Assembly: GCA_963826115.1 (NCBI GenBank)
Contig: CAWGVS010000005.1
Location: 640,001-704,000 of the forward strand
DNA: 64,000 bases
Direction of reading: 5' to 3'
Source of the DNA: an uncultured Candidatus Rokubacteria bacterium
GTDB lineage: Bacteria; Methylomirabilota; Methylomirabilia; Rokubacteriales; DASRDR01
The notes beneath the pieces are model-generated. The model made no database searches. It was not told the origin of the DNA and saw only the letters and a list, made by a program, of their open reading frames with translations. A program made the position numbers and the translations under genes. Positions 41,658 through 50,365 of the stretch are shown piece by piece (position 1 is the stretch's first letter; each line of letters begins with the position of its first letter).

Positions 41658-43481
41658 TCAGTCCGGCTTGCGGGCGGTCACCGCCACCAGCGGGTCGCCG
41701 TAGTAGCGGAGCTGTCGCGACCAGTAGGTGACCACCTCGGGCCGGTCGAAGCCGACATCCCTCAGTTCCTCGAGGAGACGCCAGCCGAACGTGCGCAAGG
41801 ACAGGGAGCTCCCCGGGCTGACCGGGTGGCCGTGGTGCTCGGGCGGCATGACATGCGTGATGACGCCGTCGGCGTCCGCTGTCGCCCTGACCTGGTGCTC
41901 GGCCAGGGCGACCGAGAATGGCGCGGTGAGCAGCAGGGAGCCGCCGCCGCGAAGCGTCCGATGGAACTCGCGTAGCGCCTGACCGTGGCTCGGCACGTGC
42001 CCCAGTACATCGAACGACAGGACGTAGTCGAATGCGTCGCCGGGGAAGGACAGGGCCTGGGCGTCCTCGTACCGGATGCCGTCGACCATCGCGCCGCTCC
42101 GATGGGAGGCGCCTAGGTACTCACTCCCCACGGTGCGGGGGAACCGCTGGCTGAGGCTCGCGAACAGTGGAGTGACCTGCTCGGTGACGTAGATGCGACT
42201 GTCGGGCGTCGGCCGGAGCTCCTGACGGAAGATGTGGTACGCGCCCCGGAGGCGGGTCACGAGGCGGCAGCCCACGCAGTCGAGGTGCTCGCGCCAGTTC
42301 GGGAGGAGCCGGCCGTCGGGAAGTTTGGCTGACGCCCACATCGGGTCGATCCGAAACTGACTCGGCTCCTCGCACACCGCGCAGAAGCCCGCCAGCGTAA
42401 AGGTCTCCGCAGTCGGGATGTCGAGCTCCTCGGCGGCGCGGCGCCTCGACGCGACGGTTTCCGACGCGCGTCGCCAGGTCTGATAGTCGTCCTGACTCGA
42501 CCAGCGCGTCACCGGCAGATAGGGGACGGGCGCGCGACCGGCTCTTCGGCGCTCCACCTCCACCGTCGAGGGGGTATGAGGGTTGAGCCCGCCCGCGCCG
42601 GACCAGTTGAAGGCGTATGGGATGGTCTTGTAGTAGCCGTGGCCGCGTGCGGTCACCCGGGCGCGATAGTCGTCCAGGAGATCGCGGAGCGCCCCGATGT
42701 TGTGAACCTGGAACTGCTCGCTGTGGCGTGAGAAGACCCCCTCGTCCTCGATCTTGTTGCCGCTGAAGTGGAGGAACCGAAGAGGTCGCCCGTTCACCAG
42801 CCAGGATCCGTCGAGTCGCGCGACCCGGCGCTGAGCGAGGTTCCAGTAGCCGACGTTGTACCCCGGATGGCGCAGGAGCCGGGAGCGCTCGATGAACGCG
42901 GGAAGGAGGTCGGCCCACTTCTGGTCGACGAACAGGCCGTTGTCCAGGTCGATGGCGCACTGGAACTCCAGTCGGCGCGCCCACCACCACACGGCGCGCC
43001 GCACCTCCGGCGTGTCGCGGAGCATGCAGAAGCCGAGGTTGTTGATCCCGTACCGGAGAGCCTGCTGATCCCGGAACTCGGCGTACTCCGACGGCTCGGT
43101 AAGATGAGGCGTGAGCACGCACTCGATCCCGTCGCTCACGAGATCGAGGAGTTCGGCGAAGCGGCTCAGGACCAGGATGTCCGGATCGAGATAGAGAACC
43201 GTCTCGCCGGGATGACGATCGAACAGGTACAGGAAGGCGAAGGGCTTGAGCGCGGTGTTGAACTCGGTGATGCTGTACCGCTCGGCCATGGCCTCGAAGC
43301 CGGGAACGCCCAGCTCGTCGGGGCTCAGGATCTCGAACGGGAAGGCGTCGGCGTCGAAGTCGGTCCGATCGTCGGCGAGGACGGCGCGAAAGGGGACGTC
43401 GGGGTGGAAGCGCCGGAAGCTGTCGTGGAGAGTCTGGGTGTAGCCGTAGAAGTTCCGGGAGCTGATCGTGAAGGCGATCAC
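41658..43481 (-). CDS. GT-A/GT8-like glycosyltransferase fused to a SAM-dependent methyltransferase
   Basis: N-half paralogous to the N-half of 25089-27851 (EFNTALKP, YLDPD, NNLGF, FVDQKW, YNVGYWN); C-half CAVC...REHLDCVGC and FDYVLSFDVLGHV...LRGGG. Confidence 0.85.
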   Translation of the reverse strand: MIAFTISSRNFYGYTQTLHDSFRRFHPDVPFRAVLADDRTDFDADAFPFEILSPDELGVPGFEAMAERYSITEFNTALKPFAFLYLFDRHPGETVLYLDPDILVLSRFAELLDLVSDGIECVLTPHLTEPSEYAEFRDQQALRYGINNLGFCMLRDTPEVRRAVWWWARRLEFQCAIDLDNGLFVDQKWADLLPAFIERSRLLRHPGYNVGYWNLAQRRVARLDGSWLVNGRPLRFLHFSGNKIEDEGVFSRHSEQFQVHNIGALRDLLDDYRARVTARGHGYYKTIPYAFNWSGAGGLNPHTPSTVEVERRRAGRAPVPYLPVTRWSSQDDYQTWRRASETVASRRRAAEELDIPTAETFTLAGFCAVCEEPSQFRIDPMWASAKLPDGRLLPNWREHLDCVGCRLVTRLRGAYHIFRQELRPTPDSRIYVTEQVTPLFASLSQRFPRTVGSEYLGASHRSGAMVDGIRYEDAQALSFPGDAFDYVLSFDVLGHVPSHGQALREFHRTLRGGGSLLLTAPFSVALAEHQVRATADADGVITHVMPPEHHGHPVSPGSSLSLRTFGWRLLEELRDVGFDRPEVVTYWSRQLRYYGDPLVAVTARKPD

Positions 43482-43491
43482 CGCCCGGCCG

Positions 43492-45168
43492 TCAACGCGG
43501 TGACGGGCGCGCGGCGACCGCTTCGGGCGCTCCCGCTGGCGCGTTCATCGGCGCCTGCATGGCTCGGAGGGCGGTGGCGAGCTGGCGGGCGCCGACCTCG
43601 AGAGAGTGGGTCCGCTTCACCCAGTCGATGCCCCGCGCCGACAGCGAGCGCCACCGGTCGGGATCGGTGTAGACCTCGACCGCGGCGGCGGCGAAGGACT
43701 TCGGATCGCTCGCGATCGCGAGCTCGTCCCCGGTCAGCCCCATGCCTTCGGCGGCGATCGGCGTGATGACGCAGGGGACGCCGTGGGCGAGGCTGGTTAT
43801 CACCTTCCCCTTGGCCCCCGCTCCGAAGCGCAGGGGCGCGACGGTCAGTCGGACCTGCGCGAGCAGGGTCGAGACGTCGGGCACCCGGCCGACTGGCACG
43901 AATCCGGGGTCCGCGCGAGTGGTCAGGAATTCGGGCATGTTCGTTCCAATCGCATAGAAGCGCGCGTCCGGAGCGGCCACCCGGATCTCGGGCCAGATCT
44001 CGTCGAGGAAGTATTCCACCGCGTCCACATTGGGGCGATGGAGGTAGCCGCCCATGAAAGCCAGACCGTTTCGGCGCTCGTACCCGCTCGCATGCCCGGG
44101 CACGTCGTGCATGAGGGGGCACCACACCACGTTGGCGCCCGGAACGAGTGACTCGAGAAGGGGCTTCTCGGCCATCGACACCACGAGCGTCGCGTCGGCG
44201 AGCCGCGTCACGTAGATCTCGCGCTCCCGCATCTCCATGGCGCGGTACATGGCGATGCGATCGCGCGCCAGCATCGCCTCGCGCTCCAGTCTCAGCCAGT
44301 GGAGATCGACGGTGTTGAACAGGACCTTCGCCCTCACGCAGTGACGGCGCACGTCGTCGATGTACGTTCCGGCGGAGTCCACCCGGGAGAGCATCACCAC
44401 ATCGAGGTGATCGCCGATGCGCTCGAGCAGCGTCGGGATCGAGCGCGCGGACACGCTCCGCAGAACCGTCACGCCGATGGCGCGAAGGGGATCCCCTTCG
44501 GTGCTCTCGCCGCCGCCGGTGACCGGAAGGTAGGCGACGTGATACCCGAAGCGCTGGAACAGCCGGATGAGGTTGAACGCGAGCAACGACCCCGAGTCTC
44601 GATCCGGGCGCGCGTAGGAGTTCTCCATGACCAGGACGGCAGGTCGATCTCGCGAGAGGTGCGAGAGCGGGTCCTGGCCGATCGCCATGCGGTCGACCCG
44701 GTTGCGCAGCCGCGCTCCGACGGAGCCCCACGGGTTGCTCTGCACACGCGGGTCGGCCAGGCCCAGACGAGACCCGCCAGGCGAGGGGACACGGCGCTCC
44801 CGGAGGCCGTGCCGCATGTAGTGAAGGAGCGGATTGATGCCGGCGTCGCGCACGTCGACGTTCTGCGACCGGTACCAGGAGGATCGGAAGAGGGGACTCG
44901 GGTCGCGACCCTCGTATCCGCCGTGAAAGTAGTAGTGGTCCAGCGGGTTGATCGCGCGGGCGGCGACGTCAGGGTAGCTCTGGAGGTACCAGGCCGTCCG
45001 GAAAAGGGGATTCGGGTTTCGACCCTCGCGGACGCCATGTCGCCGATAGTGGCGTTCGGGATGAGCTCCCGTGCGCGCGACGTCCGCGTACTTCGCAAGG
45101 TAGAAGTTGCTATCGAACAGGGGGTTGCGCCAGACGTAGGAGAGGATCGGCTCCGGGACGAGCCGCAC
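43492..45168 (-). CDS. glycosyltransferase family 4-like protein with N-terminal 38-aa repeats
   Basis: PDRDSGS, NTVDLHWLR, HRPNVDA, APLRFGAGAKGKV...GVPCV. Confidence 0.87.
   Translation of the reverse strand: MRLVPEPILSYVWRNPLFDSNFYLAKYADVARTGAHPERHYRRHGVREGRNPNPLFRTAWYLQSYPDVAARAINPLDHYYFHGGYEGRDPSPLFRSSWYRSQNVDVRDAGINPLLHYMRHGLRERRVPSPGGSRLGLADPRVQSNPWGSVGARLRNRVDRMAIGQDPLSHLSRDRPAVLVMENSYARPDRDSGSLLAFNLIRLFQRFGYHVAYLPVTGGGESTEGDPLRAIGVTVLRSVSARSIPTLLERIGDHLDVVMLSRVDSAGTYIDDVRRHCVRAKVLFNTVDLHWLRLEREAMLARDRIAMYRAMEMREREIYVTRLADATLVVSMAEKPLLESLVPGANVVWCPLMHDVPGHASGYERRNGLAFMGGYLHRPNVDAVEYFLDEIWPEIRVAAPDARFYAIGTNMPEFLTTRADPGFVPVGRVPDVSTLLAQVRLTVAPLRFGAGAKGKVITSLAHGVPCVITPIAAEGMGLTGDELAIASDPKSFAAAAVEVYTDPDRWRSLSARGIDWVKRTHSLEVGARQLATALRAMQAPMNAPAGAPEAVAARPSPR
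44779..45117 (-). repeat. three ~38-aa repeats FxxxWYxxxYxDVxxxGxNPLxHYxxxGxxEGRxPxP
   Basis: Visible in the translation of the GT4 N-terminus. Confidence 0.8.
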
Positions 45169-45270
45169 CAGGAGCCGGCAACCGGCGTCGTAGGCCCTCC
45201 GGAGGCGTCCCCGCAGACCCCGTCGGCTCAGGGTTGGCCTCCGCGAGGGAAGGGTGCCGCGTGGTCGGCT

Positions 45271-46326
45271 CTAGTCGTCACCAGACCTCCCTCCGACAGC
45301 CGAAGACGCGGCCAGCTGGCTAGCCTCGGATTCCCGCTTGATCCGCCGGCGAAGCTTCGCCCGGAAAGGATAGGGCTTGAGCCAGTGGCGCACGGCCGCG
45401 GGGTCGATCGATCGGCGGCCCTGGATCTGACGGCGGGTGGACATGGCGTGAGGCAACAGGCGCAGCACCTGGAGGTATCCGGAGAGCCCCGCGGGATGAG
45501 TGATTCCGTAGTCCACGAGACGAAGGACCTCCGTGAGGAGGAGGACGCCCAGGTCCGGGAGCAGATCCGCCGGGCGATCGTTCCGTAGGATCATCAGGTA
45601 GCGGTTCTTCAGGGAGTGTCGAATCTCCAGGGTGCTCTGTCTGCGCCTGAATCCCCGGTGCCCCCGCTGGTGCTCGGCGACGGCCGCCGGCTCGTAGCGA
45701 GCCTTCCAGCCGCGCAGCCGCGCGCGCCAGTCGAGATCGACGTCCTCGAGATACATGAAGAACGTCGAATCGAAATATTCGGTGCCGAGTCGCACGTCCT
45801 CGAGCATCGCGCGGCGGTAGAGCGCTGCCGCCGCGCACACGCCGAACACCTCGCCCGGGGTGTCGAACTGGCCGAGATCGGGCTCGTTCGCTCCCCGGTT
45901 CGCCGCCACTCGATTGCGGTAGAGGACGTGGCCTGCCGAATCGAGCAGGGGAGGGCCGTCCGTACGCGGCGACTGGATCAGCTTGCCGGTCACGCTTCCG
46001 ATGGCGGCATCCGTCTCCGCCGCCTTCTCGAGCTCCTCGATGTAGCGGGGCCCGAGGTACGCGTCCGGGTTGAGCAGCAGGACGTATCGCGTCGCCGTGC
46101 GCGCAATGAGCTCGTTGGCCGCCCGCGCGAAGCCGACGTTTTCCGGGGCGCGCACGACGGTCGCGCCCAGCTTCTCCGCGAGAACGACGGACTGGTCGGA
46201 CGACGCGTTGTCCCAGACGAGCACGTCTCGGGGTTGCCGGGTCTGGGCTGCCAGCGCTTCCAGGCATGGCCGGAGGTGGCGCTCGCTGTTGTACGTGACG
46301 ATGCACACGGCGACGTTCTCGGTCAT
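45271..46326 (-). CDS. glycosyltransferase family 2
   Basis: VCIVTYNS, WDNASSD, NVGFARAAN, LLLNPD, FFMYLEDVDL.WR; ATGA overlap with wzt. Confidence 0.92.
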   Translation of the reverse strand: MTENVAVCIVTYNSERHLRPCLEALAAQTRQPRDVLVWDNASSDQSVVLAEKLGATVVRAPENVGFARAANELIARTATRYVLLLNPDAYLGPRYIEELEKAAETDAAIGSVTGKLIQSPRTDGPPLLDSAGHVLYRNRVAANRGANEPDLGQFDTPGEVFGVCAAAALYRRAMLEDVRLGTEYFDSTFFMYLEDVDLDWRARLRGWKARYEPAAVAEHQRGHRGFRRRQSTLEIRHSLKNRYLMILRNDRPADLLPDLGVLLLTEVLRLVDYGITHPAGLSGYLQVLRLLPHAMSTRRQIQGRRSIDPAAVRHWLKPYPFRAKLRRRIKRESEASQLAASSAVGGRSGDD

Positions 46327-47102
46327 GGCCGCCCCGGCCGCGGGGCCACGCCGCGGCGTTCCCCCGCGAGGACGTCGCGATAGCGGGCAATGACCTTGCC
46401 AGGCTCGCCCTCCAGGTCGAGGCGACCATGGACGAGGAGGCAGGCGCGGTCGCACATGCGCTCCACGGTCGGCAGGTCGTGAGAGACGAGGACGACCGTC
46501 GTGTCGCGTCGCCGCACGTCCTCCATCCGCGCGAGGCACTTCTGCCGGAAGTGCTCGTCGCCGACCGCCAGGACCTCGTCGACGAGGAGGACGTCCGGCT
46601 GGAGATGGACGGCGACCGAAAACCCCAGGCGCGCGTGCATTCCCGAGGAGTAGTTCTTGACCGGCAGATCCATGAATTCGCCGAGCTCGGAGAAGTCCAC
46701 GATCGCGTCGTAGATGTCGTCGGTTTCGCGTCGCGAGAGGCCGTAGAGCGATGTATTGAGGTGCACGTTCTCGCGGCCGCTCAGGTCCGGGTGGAAGCCG
46801 ACGCCCAGCTCGATCATCGGCGTCACCCGGCCGTACACCGTTGCGCGGCCCGCCGTCGGCACGAAGATGCCGGCAATGATCCGGAGGATGGTGCTCTTTC
46901 CCGAGCCGTTCGCCCCGATGAGCCCGAGGCACTCGCCGCGACGAACCAACAGGTCCACGTCGCGCAAGGCCCAGAACAGCTCGCGCTTCTCCCGCTGGCG
47001 CGGGTGGACCAGCCCCAGGATGCGCACCTTGAGATTGCGCCCCGGATTGCGCCGGCGGACGAATGCCTTCGAGACCCCCTGAAGCTCGACGGCCAGGTCC
47101 AC
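46323..47102 (-). CDS. wzt: polysaccharide/teichoic acid ABC exporter ATP-binding subunit (no C-terminal carbohydrate-binding domain)
   Basis: FWALRDV, GANGSGKST, YSSGMHARLGFS, LLVDEVLAVGD, VSHD. Confidence 0.93.
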   Translation of the reverse strand: MDLAVELQGVSKAFVRRRNPGRNLKVRILGLVHPRQREKRELFWALRDVDLLVRRGECLGLIGANGSGKSTILRIIAGIFVPTAGRATVYGRVTPMIELGVGFHPDLSGRENVHLNTSLYGLSRRETDDIYDAIVDFSELGEFMDLPVKNYSSGMHARLGFSVAVHLQPDVLLVDEVLAVGDEHFRQKCLARMEDVRRRDTTVVLVSHDLPTVERMCDRACLLVHGRLDLEGEPGKVIARYRDVLAGERRGVAPRPGRP

Positions 47103-47105
47103 CGC

Positions 47106-47906
47106 CTAGACCTCCTCAGCCATTCCCGGTCTGAGGCGGCGGAACACCAGATAGCCGAGGCCGAGCATGCCGGCCGTCCAACCGACCATGGGCGCGACGA
47201 GGGTCCAGTCCGGCAGGAGGGCCCGGAGGAGGATCTCCTGGTACGCGATCGCGAAGAGCGCGACCGGGCTGAGCGTCATCCAGTGCCGGAGCGTCTCGGG
47301 CACCATCTCGATCGGGTAGATGATCGGGGTCGCCCAGAAGAGGAGTGGAAGCAGCACGTCCGTGAGATGAGTCACGTCTCGGAAGTGCACGGTGATCGAG
47401 GCCAGTGCGAACGCGACGCCGACGGTGAAGGCGAGGTGCAGCAGGAGCAACGGCACGACGAGCGCCATCTTCCAGGAGGGGTTGACGTCCGAGACCAGGA
47501 GGAGCACGGGCAGGAACACGGCGAGCGCGAGCAAGAGCTGTGTGAAGTTGAACAGCACCGAGGCGATCGGAAGGATCTCTCGCGGAAAGTACACGCGCCT
47601 GATCAGGCTGGCATTCCCGACGATCGCCTGGGTCGAGTCCTTGAGAGCGCTCGCAAAGAAGGTCCAGGGCAGAAGCCCGGCCATGATGAAGTAGGCATAG
47701 TTCTCCGTGTGAACCCGCAACACGACCTTGAATGCGAAGGTGTAGACCGCCAGCATGAGCGCGGGGTGGAGCAACGACCACAGCAGGCCGAGCAGGGACC
47801 CACGGTACTTGACCGTGATGTCCTTGGCGACCAGGTTGCGGACGAGGGTGTGATACCGGAAGAGCGCTCCCGTCGGGAGCGAGTGGTCTACGAGGGCCGT
47901 GGCCAT
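47106..47906 (-). CDS. wzm: polysaccharide ABC exporter permease
   Basis: KYRGSLLGLLWSLLHP, GLLPWTFF, LIRRVYFPRE, FRD, TPIIYP. Confidence 0.93.
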   Translation of the reverse strand: MATALVDHSLPTGALFRYHTLVRNLVAKDITVKYRGSLLGLLWSLLHPALMLAVYTFAFKVVLRVHTENYAYFIMAGLLPWTFFASALKDSTQAIVGNASLIRRVYFPREILPIASVLFNFTQLLLALAVFLPVLLLVSDVNPSWKMALVVPLLLLHLAFTVGVAFALASITVHFRDVTHLTDVLLPLLFWATPIIYPIEMVPETLRHWMTLSPVALFAIAYQEILLRALLPDWTLVAPMVGWTAGMLGLGYLVFRRLRPGMAEEV

Positions 47907-47920
47907 GGAACGTGGACGCT

Positions 47921-48098
47921 GTCCCCGCGGGCGGCCGGACGCGTCGGCGGCTCCCCATGGCCTGGGCGGACGGGAGCATCGGGCTGGCCAGGGGTTCGGT
48001 CCCGCGCAGCAGAGCCAGCGGATGGAGCGGGGGAGGGCGGGACGGGGACCAGCTCGACTCGCGCCGCGGGGAGCCGCCGATTCGCCGCTCGCGGGACG
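47921..48098 (-). promoter_or_regulatory. long nested inverted-repeat structure in the wzm leader
   Basis: Perfect 13-bp IR TCGGCGGCTCCCC (47944-47956) / GGGGAGCCGCCGA (48068-48080) plus outer and inner imperfect stems. Confidence 0.45.
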
Positions 48099-48523
48099 TT
48101 CTGGATCGGGGAAGAGGCCCACGCCGGATCCGCCCGGCGCTCGCGTGATAAGGCGTCGCCCACGAGGATCATCTGGCCCGGATCCTGGCCTGGCTCCGAA
48201 GAAGAGTCGCGAGGCAGGCAGGCAAATGGGCACTCGCGCAACAACTCACCGAAGCGACGGAGTATGGATTCATCGACGCCCGTGCTCGTCAGTGAGGATA
48301 CCTACCACGAATTCGCACGAGTATCTTCCTACGGCGCCGTAGGCGACCACCAGCCTTTTCTTTGACGCCGAGGTCCTTGTCTGCTGATCTTGTCGGCGGA
48401 GGGAGTTCGGCGAGGTGTTCGTCGTCCAGCTGGGCTTCCTGGCGGAGGAGACGGTTACCCGGACTAGGTTGAGGCCGACGGGCCGCGATCCCGCCGTTCC
48501 GAAGCCTTGCGCGCTCGCCTCGT

Positions 48524-49393
48524 CTAGCGACGGGAGCCCCATGGCGCCTGGAGAGACCGGAAGGCCAGGCTGCCCAGGAGCCCCAGGCCGACCAGGATCG
48601 ACATCGGGTGGAGCGCAGACTGCCGGCGATGCTTCCGGTAGTAGCGGTAGGCGCTCACGTGGAAGTCGAGCACGGAGCCGAGCCGCCGTCCCGCCCGGCT
48701 GACTCCGACGAAGTGGGTCCCGCTCGCGGCCGGCACGTAGTAGACGCCCCAGCCTGCCCTCCGGAAGCGGAGACACCAGTCGGCGTCCTCCCAGAACAGG
48801 AAGAAGCGCTCGTCGAGGAGCCCGACCGTCTCCCACGCCGTCCGGCGGACGAGGAGGCACGCGCCGGAGAGCCAGTCCACGCGGACGGGCGCGTCGTCCG
48901 CGACGGCGAGCGCCGGCAGCTCGCGCTGGCTCACGGGGTTGTTCGGGAAGAGGCGCGTCATCGGCGCGGACCGACCGAACAGCGCGGTCCAGGCGGACGG
49001 ATCGCGGCGGGCCGAGCCCTGGACGCTTCCGTCCGGATCGAGGAGCCGGGGACCTGCGACACCGGCGTCGGGGTGGCTCGTCATGAACCGCAGAAGCCGC
49101 GGCACCGTCGACGACGCCAGGATGACATCGGGGTTGAGGACGAGGGTGAACTGGCCGCGCGCGGCGCGGATGCCCTGGTTCACCGCGCGCGCGAAGCCGA
49201 CGTTCGCGTCGTTCTGAATGATCTCCAGGGTGGGATAAACCGCCGCCAGCTCGGCCTGGCTGCCGTCCGTGGACGCGTTGTCGACGACGATGACCTGAGG
49301 CTGATCGCCCTCGGTTGCGGAGAGGGCGGTCAGGCAGGCGCGCAGGGCCCCCCCTGCGTTCCAGTTCACGACGACGACCGAGACGTGCTCCAT
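48524..49393 (-). CDS. glycosyltransferase family 2 (WbbL-like rhamnosyltransferase)
   Basis: VVVVNWN, VDNASTDGS, NVGFARAVNQG, LNPD, VDWLSGACLL, FFLFWEDADWC. Confidence 0.92.
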   Translation of the reverse strand: MEHVSVVVVNWNAGGALRACLTALSATEGDQPQVIVVDNASTDGSQAELAAVYPTLEIIQNDANVGFARAVNQGIRAARGQFTLVLNPDVILASSTVPRLLRFMTSHPDAGVAGPRLLDPDGSVQGSARRDPSAWTALFGRSAPMTRLFPNNPVSQRELPALAVADDAPVRVDWLSGACLLVRRTAWETVGLLDERFFLFWEDADWCLRFRRAGWGVYYVPAASGTHFVGVSRAGRRLGSVLDFHVSAYRYYRKHRRQSALHPMSILVGLGLLGSLAFRSLQAPWGSRR

Positions 49394-49560
49394 GGGTCCT
49401 ATCGATTCTCGATAGCCAGCGTCTCGAAGCTCACCACGTCTCCCGGCGGCCATTCTAGTCCGGTTTCGCGGATTGCAAGTCTGGAGCATTTCCCTACTGG
49501 GGTCGGGCGTGTTTTGCCTGTATCCATCGTCCTTTGGCGTCCTCCGGCGCGCTGGCCGTA

Positions 49561-49569
49561 TGCTAGACT
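49561..49569 (+). promoter_or_regulatory. extended -10 promoter (TGCTAGACT) for the rodZ-ftsY-rib operon
   Basis: TGn-TAnnnT 19 nt upstream of the rodZ ATG. Confidence 0.5.
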
Positions 49570-49588
49570 ACGAGGCGAAATCAGGCTC

Positions 49589-50365
49589 ATGAGCGCCGCG
49601 CACACCGCCCTAGGTGCCTACCTGCGTCACGGTCGCGAGCGGTCCGGTCTCTCCCTGGAGGCCGTCTCCGCGGGCAGCCGGATCGTGCCGCGTCTCGTCG
49701 AGGCCCTCGAGGCTGATCGCGCGGACCTCCTGCCGGCGCCCGTGTACGTCCGCGGCTTCATCCGCGCGTACTGCGCGCAGGTCGGCGCGAACGTGGACGA
49801 GGCGCTGCGCCTCTACGACGCGCAGGCGATTCCCGACCCACCGCTGACGGTGGCCGCGACGCCATCCAAGACGCCGTCGCCCGCGCGCCGGTGGGGTCCC
49901 GTCGCCGTGGGCTCGCTCCTCGTGGTGACCCTCGGGATCGCGGGCGTTTTCCTCCTCGGGCGCCGACAGCCGGACGCGGGGGCGAGCCGCGGCGGACCCG
50001 AGACGCCGGCCGCCGCGCGTGCGCCGGCTCCGGCCGAGCGGCCTGCCGCGCCCGCCGCGGCGGCGAGCGAGCCCGTGGTGTCCGCGACGCCGACGCCGGG
50101 CCAGCCGGGCCGCGGCGAGCGCGTGCTCCTGGTCCGCGCCGTCGACACCACCTGGATCCGCGTCCAGCCCGACGGAGCGAGGGCGACCGAGGAGACGCTC
50201 GCGCCCGGCACGGTGCGGGAGTGGCGCAGCCCGGGTCGCTTCCACGTCACGCTCGGCAACGCGGGCGGCGTGGAGCTCGAGCTCGACGGTCAGGCGCTGC
50301 CCGCCCTGGGGGCGTCGGGCCAGGTCGTGCGCGACGCGATCGTGCCTGGCGAGCCGGCGCGGTGA
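49589..50365 (+). CDS. rodZ: cytoskeleton protein RodZ (HTH + TM + DUF4115)
   Basis: GAYLR..RE..GLSLE, LP..VYVRGFIRAY HTH, single TM, C-terminal TWIRV...LGNAGGVEL. Confidence 0.88.
   Translation: MSAAHTALGAYLRHGRERSGLSLEAVSAGSRIVPRLVEALEADRADLLPAPVYVRGFIRAYCAQVGANVDEALRLYDAQAIPDPPLTVAATPSKTPSPARRWGPVAVGSLLVVTLGIAGVFLLGRRQPDAGASRGGPETPAAARAPAPAERPAAPAAAASEPVVSATPTPGQPGRGERVLLVRAVDTTWIRVQPDGARATEETLAPGTVREWRSPGRFHVTLGNAGGVELELDGQALPALGASGQVVRDAIVPGEPAR

Larger units (their letters stand above)
11544..49560. other. accessory surface-polysaccharide/glycan biosynthesis and modification island
   Basis: Mixed-orientation GT, modifier and ABC-export genes, pseudogene remnants and locally more AT-rich genes interrupting a co-oriented housekeeping run (smc ... 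rodZ-ftsY). Confidence 0.8.
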
